Sequence record: JAHBMJ010000146.1
Length of the DNA: 32,000 nt
Strand: one strand, 5' to 3'
Below are positions 17,118-25,679 of this stretch, in pieces. Below the pieces are notes generated by a model. It searched no databases. It worked only from the letters and a program-made list of their open reading frames with translations, and was not told the origin of the DNA. Each line of letters starts with the position of its first letter. Position 1 is the first letter of the stretch. Made by a program: the position numbers and the translations under genes.

Positions 17118-18946
17118 CAGCCTCTCTCCCCCGATTGTCTTACCGATTGGCGAACGGCCTGAGGTACCGACAGGGGGAAGAGCAAGTCAACAAAGCGTTC
17201 GGCCGTCGGCTGGGGTTCGTGGTTGGCGAGCCCCGGCCGTTCGTTGGCCTCGATGAAGGCATAGTCGGCCGATCGCGGTGATTTCACCATCAGGTCGATC
17301 CCGGTGACCGGAATGTCGATGGCGCGCGCGGCCTTGATGGCGGCGTCGACGAGGGCCGGGTTCACGATGTCGGTGACGTCGTGGATCGTCCCGCCCGTGT
17401 GCAGGTTGGCCGTCTTGCGCACGGCGATCGAGGTCTCGGCGGGCGGCGTGTCGTCGAGGCCGTAGCCCGCCTCGGCGAGGGTGCGTTCGGTCTCCGCGTC
17501 GAGCGGAATGCGCGACTCGCCGCCGGTGGCGGCGGACCGGCGCCGGCTCTGGCGCTCGATCAGTTCGCGCACCGTGCGCGTTCCGTCGCCGACGATCACC
17601 GGCGGGCGGCGCACGGCGGCGGCGACGACGCGGAAATTGATGACGATCAGGCGCAGATCCTCACCCTCGATGTATTCCTCCAGAAGCACCACGTCGGAGA
17701 CGGTTCGCGCCGCCTTTATCGCCGCATCGACATCGTCGTTCGCCGAAAGCCCGACCGAGATGCCGCGCCCCTGTTCGCCGCGCGCAGGCTTGACGACGAC
17801 GCGCCCGGCGCGGGCGACGAATTCGGCGATCTCGTCGGGACTGGCGTCGGCGGAAAGCTGTTCGGGCACGCGCACGCCCGCCGCGCTGACGATGCGGCGC
17901 GTCACCGTCTTGTCGTCGCAGATCGACATGGCCACGGCCGTCGTCAGTTCGGACAGGCTTTCGCGGCACAGGATCGACCGGCCGCCATGGGTCAGCCGGA
18001 AGAAGCCCCCCTCGGCGTCGACCACCTCGACGTGGATGCCTCGCCGGCGCGCCTCGTGCGTGATGATCCGCGCATAGGGGTTGAGCGCCTCGTCGGGCTC
18101 GGGACCGGTGAACAGCGTCTCGTTGATCGGGTTCTTGCGCTTGACCGAAAAGAAGGCGACGCGCTCGAAGCCGAGCTTCTCGTAGAGCGCGATGGCCTGG
18201 TCGTTGTCGTGCAGCACCGAAAGGTCGAGAAAGGCGGCGCCGCGCGTGGCGAAATATTCGGCCAGCCGGCGCACCAGCGTCTCGCCGATGCCCGGATGGC
18301 GCGCGGCCGGATCGACGGCGAGGCACCACAGCGACGAACCCTTTTCAAGATCGCCGAACGCGTGGCCGTGATCGACGCCGGTGACAGTGCCGATCACCTC
18401 GCCGGTCTCGTTGTCCTCGGCGACGAAATAGGTGATCGCGCGGGCGTCGCGCTGCGACCAGAAGAACTCGGGCGGCACGGGCACCATGGATCGGGCCGCA
18501 TAGATGCGGTTGATCGCCTCGGCGTCCGCCTGCGAGGTCAGCCGCCGGATGAAATAGCCCGTCGGGCCGCGACGCGACGGACGGTAGCGCGACAGGTCGA
18601 GCCGGTAGGTGTGCGAGGGATCGAGGAACAGTTCCTGCGGGGCGTTGGCCAGCAGCACGTGCGGGTTACGGACATAGATGGCGATGTCGCGCTGGTCGGG
18701 CTGTTCGCCGCGCAGGGCGGCGATCAGCGGCTGGGCGGCCTCGAAAGTCTGGGCGAAGACCAGCCGGCCCCAGCCGCAGTCGAGCGCGTACTCGGACTTC
18801 ATCCGGTCGGTCTCGTCACCGTGCGGGGCGATGGGCGGTTTCAGCCCGCGTTCGCGCATCCGCTTGAGCCGGTGCGCGTAGGCGTCACTTGTCTGCCGCT
18901 CCCTGGGATTGGGATGGGTGCGGGATGTATCCTTGTCCTTGCCCAT
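17117..18946 (-). CDS. ngg: N-acetylglutaminylglutamine synthetase (GNAT acetyltransferase + ATP-grasp ligase fusion)
   Basis: 609 aa. The central GNAT block is ...LWCLAVDPAARHPGIGETLVRRLAEYFATRGAAFLDLSVLHDNDQAIALYEKLGFERV.... The C-terminal ATP-grasp (RimK/cyanophycin-synthetase-like) part carries ...VVKPARGEQGRGISVG.... GAGG lies 7 nt upstream of the ATG. Confidence 0.85.
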   Translation of the reverse strand: MGKDKDTSRTHPNPRERQTSDAYAHRLKRMRERGLKPPIAPHGDETDRMKSEYALDCGWGRLVFAQTFEAAQPLIAALRGEQPDQRDIAIYVRNPHVLLANAPQELFLDPSHTYRLDLSRYRPSRRGPTGYFIRRLTSQADAEAINRIYAARSMVPVPPEFFWSQRDARAITYFVAEDNETGEVIGTVTGVDHGHAFGDLEKGSSLWCLAVDPAARHPGIGETLVRRLAEYFATRGAAFLDLSVLHDNDQAIALYEKLGFERVAFFSVKRKNPINETLFTGPEPDEALNPYARIITHEARRRGIHVEVVDAEGGFFRLTHGGRSILCRESLSELTTAVAMSICDDKTVTRRIVSAAGVRVPEQLSADASPDEIAEFVARAGRVVVKPARGEQGRGISVGLSANDDVDAAIKAARTVSDVVLLEEYIEGEDLRLIVINFRVVAAAVRRPPVIVGDGTRTVRELIERQSRRRSAATGGESRIPLDAETERTLAEAGYGLDDTPPAETSIAVRKTANLHTGGTIHDVTDIVNPALVDAAIKAARAIDIPVTGIDLMVKSPRSADYAFIEANERPGLANHEPQPTAERFVDLLFPLSVPQAVRQSVRQSGERG

Positions 18947-18955
18947 GGCCGGACC

Positions 18956-20731
18956 TCATATCCGCTGCGTCTGCAGCCACATTTCCAGAAGCGCGATCTG
19001 CCACAGTTCCGACCCGCGCAGCGGCGTGATGTGGTCGGCGGGGCTTTCGAAAAGCGCGTCGAGATAATCGTCGCGGAACAGGCCGCGTTCCCTGGCCGGC
19101 TGCGAGGTGAGCGCGTCGCGCACCATGTCGAGGAACGGACCCTGGATGTATTTGAGCTGCGGCACCGGGAAATATCCCTTCGGCCGGTCGATGACGTCGG
19201 CGGGCACGACCTTGCGGGCGGCCTCCTTCAGAACGCCCTTGCCGCCATGGGCGAGCTTGTGCTCGGGCGGGATCGTGGCGGCAAGTTCGACCAGCTCGTG
19301 GTCGAGGAACGGCACGCGCGCTTCCAGACCCCAGGCCATGGTCATGTTGTCGACGCGCTTGACCGGATCGTCGACCAGCATGACGTGGCTGTCGAGCCTG
19401 AGCGCCCGGTCGACCGGCGTCGCCGCCCCCTGCGCCATCAGATGGTCGCGGACCAGTTCGAAGCTGACATCGCGGTCGGCAAGCCATTCGGGCGCAAGAT
19501 GCTCGGCAAGGCGGACATGGCTGCGGTCGAAGAAGACCTTCGCATAGTCGCTCGCGACATCGTTGGAATTGGCGAGCGGCGGATACCAGTGGTAGCCGCC
19601 GAACACCTCGTCGGCGCCCTGGCCGGACTGGACGACCTTGATGTGTCTGGACACTTCGCGGCTGAGCAGGAAGAAGCCGATATTGTCGTAGGACACCATC
19701 GGCTCGGACATCGCCGCGATCGCTTCGGGCAGATGCGTCATCATGTCGGCGCCGGGCACGAAGATCTTGTGGTGGTCGGTGCCGAACCGCTCGGCGATCA
19801 GGTCCGAATAGACGAACTCGTCGCCCTTTTCGCCGTGCGCTTCCTCAAAGCCGATCGAGAAGGTCATCAGGTCCTTCTGGCCCTGTTCGGCGAGAAGTCC
19901 GACGATCATCGAGGAATCGACGCCGCCCGACAGCAGCACGCCGACCGGCACGTCGGCGACCATGCGCCGGCGCACGGCCAGGCGCAGCGCGTCGAGCACC
20001 CGGTCGCGCCAGTCCTCGGCCGTCAGGCCGCTGTCCTCGGCGCGGCGCTCATAGGGCGGGGACCAGTAGAGCCGGTCGCGCACCGTGCCGTCGGCTTCGA
20101 TGGTCCGGGTGGTCGCCGGCGGCAGCTTGCGGATGCCCTTGATGATCGTGCGCGGCGGCGGCACGACCGCGTGAAACGTCATGTAGGTGTGCAGCGCCTC
20201 GCGGTCGATCTCGGTGTCGATGTCGCCGGCCTTCAGCAGGGCGGGCAGGGTCGAGGCGAACCGAAGCGCCTTGCCGGTCTCGGCATAGTAGAGCGGCTTG
20301 ATGCCGAACCGGTCGCGCGCCAGCATCAGCCTTCCCGTGTCGCGCTGGTGGATCGCGAAGGCGAACATGCCGTGGAAGCGCTCGACGCACGCCTCGCCCC
20401 ATTTGTGGAACGCCTTGAGCACGACCTCGGTGTCGCCGGTCGAAAAGAAACGGTAGCCGGCGGCTTCCAGTTCATCGCGCAGTTCGGGGTAGTTGTAGAT
20501 GCAGCCGTTGAAGACGATCGTCAGACCGAGTTCGGGATCGACCATCGGCTGGCCGGCCTTTTCGGACAGGTCGATGATCTTCAGCCGCCGGTGGCCGAAG
20601 GCCGCGCGCCCCTGCGCGACGAGACCTGCGCCGTCCGGCCCCCTCGGCGCCATCGCGGCGGTCATCCGGGCCACGGTCTGGGTGTCTGCGAACTGGTCGT
20701 CGAGGCGGAATTCGCCGGCTATGCCACACAT
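18956..20731 (-). CDS. asnO: N-acetylglutaminylglutamine amidotransferase (asparagine-synthase-like, glutamine-hydrolysing)
   Basis: N-terminal MCGIAGEF (class II GATase Cys2), ...RLKIIDLS... and a synthetase domain with VLLSGGVDSS (PP-loop). It is the first gene of the asnO-ngg-M42 operon, with AAGGAG upstream. Confidence 0.9.
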   Translation of the reverse strand: MCGIAGEFRLDDQFADTQTVARMTAAMAPRGPDGAGLVAQGRAAFGHRRLKIIDLSEKAGQPMVDPELGLTIVFNGCIYNYPELRDELEAAGYRFFSTGDTEVVLKAFHKWGEACVERFHGMFAFAIHQRDTGRLMLARDRFGIKPLYYAETGKALRFASTLPALLKAGDIDTEIDREALHTYMTFHAVVPPPRTIIKGIRKLPPATTRTIEADGTVRDRLYWSPPYERRAEDSGLTAEDWRDRVLDALRLAVRRRMVADVPVGVLLSGGVDSSMIVGLLAEQGQKDLMTFSIGFEEAHGEKGDEFVYSDLIAERFGTDHHKIFVPGADMMTHLPEAIAAMSEPMVSYDNIGFFLLSREVSRHIKVVQSGQGADEVFGGYHWYPPLANSNDVASDYAKVFFDRSHVRLAEHLAPEWLADRDVSFELVRDHLMAQGAATPVDRALRLDSHVMLVDDPVKRVDNMTMAWGLEARVPFLDHELVELAATIPPEHKLAHGGKGVLKEAARKVVPADVIDRPKGYFPVPQLKYIQGPFLDMVRDALTSQPARERGLFRDDYLDALFESPADHITPLRGSELWQIALLEMWLQTQRI

Positions 20732-20971
20732 GCTCTGTTGGGTGCTCCTTGTGGATTGAAGATATTGGCCCGATGCCCCGTCGGGGCACCGGCTCTAACG
20801 CGGTCGTTGATCGGATGGATGTCGGTCATGGTTGTAGCGATGTGACGGGCGAATGCAAATTCGCGCCGCCGTCGGCGTGATGATGCGGCATGTCGGCTTT
20901 GGCACTATCGGGAGGTGGCCGGGTCGGCTAAGCGCGCATTCATCGTTCGTCCCGTCAACTTCCCGCCCCCA

Positions 20972-21859
20972 ATGAGCATCATCATCACCATCGCCTGCCC
21001 CGACCGGATTGGGATCGTCGCCAAGCTCTCGGGCGCCCTGAGCGCCCATGGCTATACCATTCTGGACAGCTCGCAGTTCTACGAGCCTTCCCCCGGCGCG
21101 CGCCGCGAGTCCGGCGAGGGCCGCTTCTTCATGCGCGTCGAATGCGCCCAGACCGCCGACGGCGACCGCGCCGGGGATAACGCGCGCGCGCTCGAAACGT
21201 TCCTTGACGAGTTCGCCACCGCCTTCGAGGCCCGGGTGACGGTCGCCGAGAAGGATCGCGCCGTGCCGGCGATCATCATGGTGTCGAAGTTCGACCATTG
21301 CCTGCAGGACATCTGGTACCGGGTGCGCACGAAATCACTGCCGATCGACATCCGCGCGATCGTCTCCAACCATGCCGACTCGCAGGCCGATGCCGAGCGC
21401 TGGGGCATCCCCTTCCACCTGTTGCCGGTGACGCCCGACAACAAGGCCGAGCAGGAAGACCGGCTCGAGGAACTGGTGGCCGAGACCGGCGCCGAACTGA
21501 TCGTGCTGGCCCGCTACATGCAGATCCTGTCGGACGGATTCTCCAAGCGCCACTTCGGCCGGATCATCAACATCCACCACTCGTTCCTGCCCGCCTTCAA
21601 GGGCGCCAAGCCCTATCACCGGGCCTGGGACCGGGGCGTCAAGCATATCGGCGCGACCGCCCATTACGTCACGCCGGACCTCGACGAGGGGCCGATCATC
21701 GAGCAGGACACCGAGCGCGTCAGCCACACCTCCGACCCCGACGATCTGGTCATGCGCGGCCGCGACATCGAGGCGCGCGTGCTGTCGCGGGCGATCCGGC
21801 TGCACGCGCAGGGCCGGGTGTTCATCAATGGCAGCCGGACGGTGGTGTTCCAGCCCTGA
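20972..21859 (+). CDS. purU: Formyltetrahydrofolate deformylase
   Basis: N-terminal ACT domain (MSIIITIACPDRIGIVAKLSGAL) and formyltransferase core ...LIVLARYMQILS...IINIHHSFLPAFKGAKPYHRAW...GATAHYVT.DLDEGPIIEQD. The ATG at 20972 is preferred over the track start at 20915. Confidence 0.9.
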   Translation: MSIIITIACPDRIGIVAKLSGALSAHGYTILDSSQFYEPSPGARRESGEGRFFMRVECAQTADGDRAGDNARALETFLDEFATAFEARVTVAEKDRAVPAIIMVSKFDHCLQDIWYRVRTKSLPIDIRAIVSNHADSQADAERWGIPFHLLPVTPDNKAEQEDRLEELVAETGAELIVLARYMQILSDGFSKRHFGRIINIHHSFLPAFKGAKPYHRAWDRGVKHIGATAHYVTPDLDEGPIIEQDTERVSHTSDPDDLVMRGRDIEARVLSRAIRLHAQGRVFINGSRTVVFQP

Positions 21860-21863
21860 AATT

Positions 21864-22862
21864 TCAGACAATGAACAGCTTCACCGCGACGACGGCCATC
21901 GCAAGCAGAAGCGCGGTCTCGGCGACGATCAGCACGATGTAGCCGGCGCCGAGATCGGCCATCTGCTTGAGCGCGGTCTTGATGCCGAGCGCGGCGATGG
22001 CGGTGATCAGCAGGATACGCGAGGCGGTCTCGGCGACCGAGGCGACCGGGGCGGGGATCGCACCGAAGCTGTTGAGCGCGGCGAGCGCGACGAACGCGAC
22101 TAGGAACGAGGGCAGGCCGACCGTGCCGCCGCCGCCTTCGGCCCTTCGCGAAAAGGCGACCATCACCGCGACCAGCACGACCGGCAGAAGCGCCACGCGC
22201 ATCAGCTTGATCATAACGGCGGCATCGCCCGCTTCCTGGCTGACCGAATAGCCCGCGCCGACGACCTGGGCGACATCGTGGATCGTCGCGCCGATCAGCA
22301 TGCCGGTCTGCGCATCGGTCGCATCGAGCAGGGCGAACAGCAGCGGATAGGCGACCATGGCGATCGTCGAAAGGGTCGTCACGGCAACGACCGTGAACAG
22401 CGTGTCGCGTTCGAGCCGGCCATCGCGCGGCAGCACCGAGGCGAGCGCCAGCGCCGCGGACGCACCGCAGATGGCGACCGATCCGGCGGTCAGCACGCCC
22501 AGCCGCGCGCCCCGGCCCATCAGGCGCGCGAGTGCGATGCCGGCAAGAATGGTCACCGCGACGAGACTGACGACGGCGATCACCGGCACCGGTCCGAGCG
22601 CCTCGAAATCGGCCCATGACAGCCGCACGCCGAGCAGGGCGACGCCGAGCCTCAGGCACACGCTGGCGGCGAAATCGACGCCGGGCCGGATCGCCGGATC
22701 GTCGACGAGGAAGTTGAACGCCATGCCGATCAGCAGCGCGAAAAGCATCGCGGGCGCGCCATAGTGGGCGCCGAGGAAAGCGGCGGCCGCGGCGACGGTC
22801 AGCGCCAGACCCAGCCCGCGAACGAGCCGCATTGCGTCAGCCGTGCCTTGCCCGATCCCCAC
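21864..22862 (-). CDS. YeiH/UPF0324-family membrane protein (putative sulfate-exporter-family transporter)
   Basis: About 330 aa polytopic membrane protein whose composition and motifs resemble the YeiH family (...GATIHDVAQVVGAGY...). The start is uncertain (GTG 22862 or ATG 22832). Confidence 0.7.
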   Translation of the reverse strand: MGIGQGTADAMRLVRGLGLALTVAAAAAFLGAHYGAPAMLFALLIGMAFNFLVDDPAIRPGVDFAASVCLRLGVALLGVRLSWADFEALGPVPVIAVVSLVAVTILAGIALARLMGRGARLGVLTAGSVAICGASAALALASVLPRDGRLERDTLFTVVAVTTLSTIAMVAYPLLFALLDATDAQTGMLIGATIHDVAQVVGAGYSVSQEAGDAAVMIKLMRVALLPVVLVAVMVAFSRRAEGGGGTVGLPSFLVAFVALAALNSFGAIPAPVASVAETASRILLITAIAALGIKTALKQMADLGAGYIVLIVAETALLLAMAVVAVKLFIV

Positions 22863-22937
22863 TCTCGCGATGCCTGCCGGTCCCGTTGCGTCCTGCGGCG
22901 CCTATCACAGGGTCGGCACGCCGCCTAGCGGCGAAAT

Positions 22938-22978
22938 CCGGGCCCGAAGGACGCGGCGATCGCCGCGCGTTCCCGGCG
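22938..22978 (-). terminator. Possible terminator after the Usp gene
   Basis: Perfect 14-bp palindrome GCGGCGATCGCCGC (22953-22966) nested within CCGGG/CCCGG arms, immediately downstream of the usp stop. Only a short T-run follows on the minus strand. Confidence 0.35.
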
Positions 22979-22980
22979 GG

Positions 22981-23970
22981 TCAGTGCGAATGGTCGGCCA
23001 GCGGGCTGACATAGCCGGGCGGCTTGACCGTCAGCACGGAGCAGTCGACCGCGTTGAGCACGTCCTCGGCGGTGTTGCCGATGATCAGTCCGGGCACGCC
23101 GGTGCGCCCCAGCGTGCCGATGACGAGAAGGTCGGCGCCCATCGCGTCGATATGGGCTGGGATGACCTCGCGCGGGCGGCCGCGCGCCAGATGCGGCCGC
23201 AGCGCGCCGGCCATTTCGGGGTGCTCGGCGGTCATGGCGGCGATCAGCGCGCCAAGCGCCTGGCGACGCCGGTCCTCGATGGCGGCGGTGTAGCGGCGGG
23301 CCTCCTCGGCGTCATCGGTCCAGCGCCGCACCAGATCCTCGGCCGGCGCTTCCCAGACATGGGTGGCGTGGATGGTCGCCCCGGTCGCCGCCGCCGCCCA
23401 CATGGCGGTCGACAGGATCGTCCGGTTCAGCGGGTCCTGGCCCGCCGCGTCGGCGTCGCCGTCGCCCAGGTCGATGGCGGCGAGGATCGAGGCGGGCGGC
23501 TGCGTCGCCTGCGGCATCGCCAGCCAGACCGGGCAGGGGCACTTGCGCAACAGGTGCTGATCGGTGGACGTAAACAGGTAGCGGTGCCGCGCGTCGAACG
23601 GCTCGGCCATCTTGACCACCAGGTCGCGCCCGTTGGCGAGGACGTCGGCGATGATCGCGCGGAACGGCCGGCCGATCGCGACGGCGAGATCCGGGGTGAC
23701 CTGCGGCCGGGCCGTCTTCACCGTCGCGCGCAGGCGTTCGAGCATGTCGGCGCGCAGGCCGTCCTCGATCTCGGCCCGGCCTCGCCCGGCGAAACCGGCC
23801 AGATGGTCGATGTCGCCGGCGCAGTCGGCCACCGTCAGCGCAGTCAGGCGCGCGCCGTGGCGGCCGGCGATCTCGGCGGCGCGGCGCACGCCCTCGGCAT
23901 CGTCCGGGTCGCCATCGCAGACGACGAGGATATCGGTGAAGGGCTTCGCCTGTACGGCGGAACCGCTCAT
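22981..23970 (-). CDS. Universal stress protein with tandem UspA domains
   Basis: 329 aa with two Usp units. The C-terminal unit ends ...DLLVIGTLGRTGVPGLIIGNTAEDVLNAVDCSVLTVKP (ATP-binding G-x2-G-x9-G(S/T)-like motif). ATGA overlap with the antiporter stop. Confidence 0.8.
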   Translation of the reverse strand: MSGSAVQAKPFTDILVVCDGDPDDAEGVRRAAEIAGRHGARLTALTVADCAGDIDHLAGFAGRGRAEIEDGLRADMLERLRATVKTARPQVTPDLAVAIGRPFRAIIADVLANGRDLVVKMAEPFDARHRYLFTSTDQHLLRKCPCPVWLAMPQATQPPASILAAIDLGDGDADAAGQDPLNRTILSTAMWAAAATGATIHATHVWEAPAEDLVRRWTDDAEEARRYTAAIEDRRRQALGALIAAMTAEHPEMAGALRPHLARGRPREVIPAHIDAMGADLLVIGTLGRTGVPGLIIGNTAEDVLNAVDCSVLTVKPPGYVSPLADHSH

Positions 23971-25679
23971 GCCGGCTCTCCCCTGGCGACACCGGGCGCT
24001 GCGGCATCGGCGCTTTCGTGCGGACCGGCGACGAGGCGCGCGGCGCGGGCCGCCGCGTCGCGATAGGGCATCAGGACGAGATCGGCGCCGGCCTTCTCGA
24101 GCCGCTGGCGGCCCGCTTCGCTGTGGACGGCGACCGCGATCCGGCCCGCATAGCCGGCATCGGCGAGCGCCCGCATCAGCGAACGGCGCGGGTCGTCGTG
24201 GGTGATGCCGGTGTCATGCTCGGGCACCGCCGAGACAGCCCAGCGGACGCCGTCGAGCGGCAGGTGTGCGACGAATTCGGGATCGGTCGCATCGCCGAAC
24301 ATCACCGGGATGCCTCTGGCACGGGCCTGACGCACCGCGTCCGGGTCGAAATCGACACCGAGCACGGTCAGGCCGGCCTCGCCGAGTTCCTCGGCGATCG
24401 TCAGCCCGTATCGGCCGAGACCGAAGACGATCGCGTCGGCGTTTCCGGCGCGCGGCCGCCAGCCGTCCTCCTCGCCGCCGGCGCCGGTGCGTTCGAACGG
24501 GGCGAGCAGCGGCTCGACCATGCCGTAGAGCTGATGCGACCAGGTGATCATGTAGGTGGAGGCGGCGATCGTGATCAGGCCGACGAGCGTCACCAGCCCC
24601 ATCGCGTCGCCGGCGACGTGGCCGATGGAAACGCCCATGGCCATGAAGATGAGCGAGAATTCGGATATCTGCGCCACCGTCAACCCCGCCAGGAACCCGG
24701 TCCGCCTGCGATAGCCCATCGCGCCCATGATGGCGAGCACGATCAGCGGATTGCCCACCAGGACGAACACCGAGAAGACGAGCGCGGCCCCGATATTGTC
24801 ACCGAGCACGCCCAGATCGAGCGAGGCGCCCAGCGCGATGAAGAAGAACAGCAGCAGGAAGTCGCGCAGCGCGGCCAGACGCGCGGCGATCGCCTCGCGG
24901 AACGGGGTCGAGGCGAGCGAGACGCCGGCCAGCAGCCCGCCCAGCTCCTTGCCGAAGCCGAAATAGTGGCCGAGCGCGGCGAGCAGCGCCGCCCAGCCGA
25001 TGGCAAAGGAGATCATCAGTTCGGGCGAGCGCGAAAGCCGCTCCATCAGCGGGTTCGCCAGATAGCGGATGAACAGGCCGATGGCGACCAGCATCAGCGC
25101 GCCATAGCCGAACACCGAGGCGATGTCGGCCAGCGCCGAGTCGCTCTGCGCGCCCACGCCGATCGCCGACAGCATGATCATCGCAAGGACCACGACGATG
25201 TCCTGGACGATCAGGAAACCGAGCGCGATGCGCCCGTGCAGGCTGTCGATCTCGCGCTTGTCGGACAGAAGCTTGACGATGATGATGGTCGACGAGAACG
25301 TCAGCGCGATCGCCACATAGATCGCCGTGACCGGATCGAGCCCCAGCGCCAGCCCGATCAGGAAGCCGAAGATGGTGGTGAAGGCGACCTGACCCAGCCC
25401 GGTCATCAGCGCGACGGGGCCGAGCGTGCGCACCAGATTCAGGTCGAGCTTGAGGCCGACCAGGAACAGAAGCACCGCGATGCCCAGTTCGGCGAGCAGG
25501 TCGATATATTCGTCCGAGCGGGCGATGTTCAGCGCCGAGGGACCGGCCAGGATGCCGACCGCGATGAACGAGACGATCAGCGGCTGGCGCAGCATCAGGC
25601 CGACGAAGCCGACGCCGGCGGCCAGCACGAGAAGCGCCGCGATCTCATAGAAGATGTAGTCGGTGATCGCTTCGGTCAC
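23967..25679 (-). CDS. CPA2-family monovalent cation:proton antiporter with a C-terminal RCK/TrkA-N domain (Kef-like)
   Basis: 570 aa. The N-terminal region of about 390 aa is a polytopic Na+/H+-exchanger-type membrane domain. It is followed by IVFGLGRYGLTIAEEL...VLGVDFDPD (Rossmann GxGxxG). The GTG start forms a GTGA overlap with the upstream HTH gene stop. Confidence 0.85.
   Translation of the reverse strand: MTEAITDYIFYEIAALLVLAAGVGFVGLMLRQPLIVSFIAVGILAGPSALNIARSDEYIDLLAELGIAVLLFLVGLKLDLNLVRTLGPVALMTGLGQVAFTTIFGFLIGLALGLDPVTAIYVAIALTFSSTIIIVKLLSDKREIDSLHGRIALGFLIVQDIVVVLAMIMLSAIGVGAQSDSALADIASVFGYGALMLVAIGLFIRYLANPLMERLSRSPELMISFAIGWAALLAALGHYFGFGKELGGLLAGVSLASTPFREAIAARLAALRDFLLLFFFIALGASLDLGVLGDNIGAALVFSVFVLVGNPLIVLAIMGAMGYRRRTGFLAGLTVAQISEFSLIFMAMGVSIGHVAGDAMGLVTLVGLITIAASTYMITWSHQLYGMVEPLLAPFERTGAGGEEDGWRPRAGNADAIVFGLGRYGLTIAEELGEAGLTVLGVDFDPDAVRQARARGIPVMFGDATDPEFVAHLPLDGVRWAVSAVPEHDTGITHDDPRRSLMRALADAGYAGRIAVAVHSEAGRQRLEKAGADLVLMPYRDAAARAARLVAGPHESADAAAPGVARGEPA

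Noticed and set aside
17381-20845. 1154-aa ORF on the plus strand, the longest in the track
   Set aside because: It lies entirely antisense to asnO and ngg, which have clear family motifs. Its product is Arg/Gly/Ala/Asp-rich low-information sequence with no motif. This is the stop-codon-poor shadow frame expected opposite high-GC3 genes.
20840-20971. Possible riboswitch (such as a ZTP/pfl-type motif) in the purU leader
   Set aside because: I could not find the conserved pfl/ZTP segments (for example CCGCCTGGGC) or another riboswitch core by eye. There is only a short GCGAAT-GCAA-ATTCGC hairpin at about 20849-20864. A covariance-model scan would be needed to overturn this.
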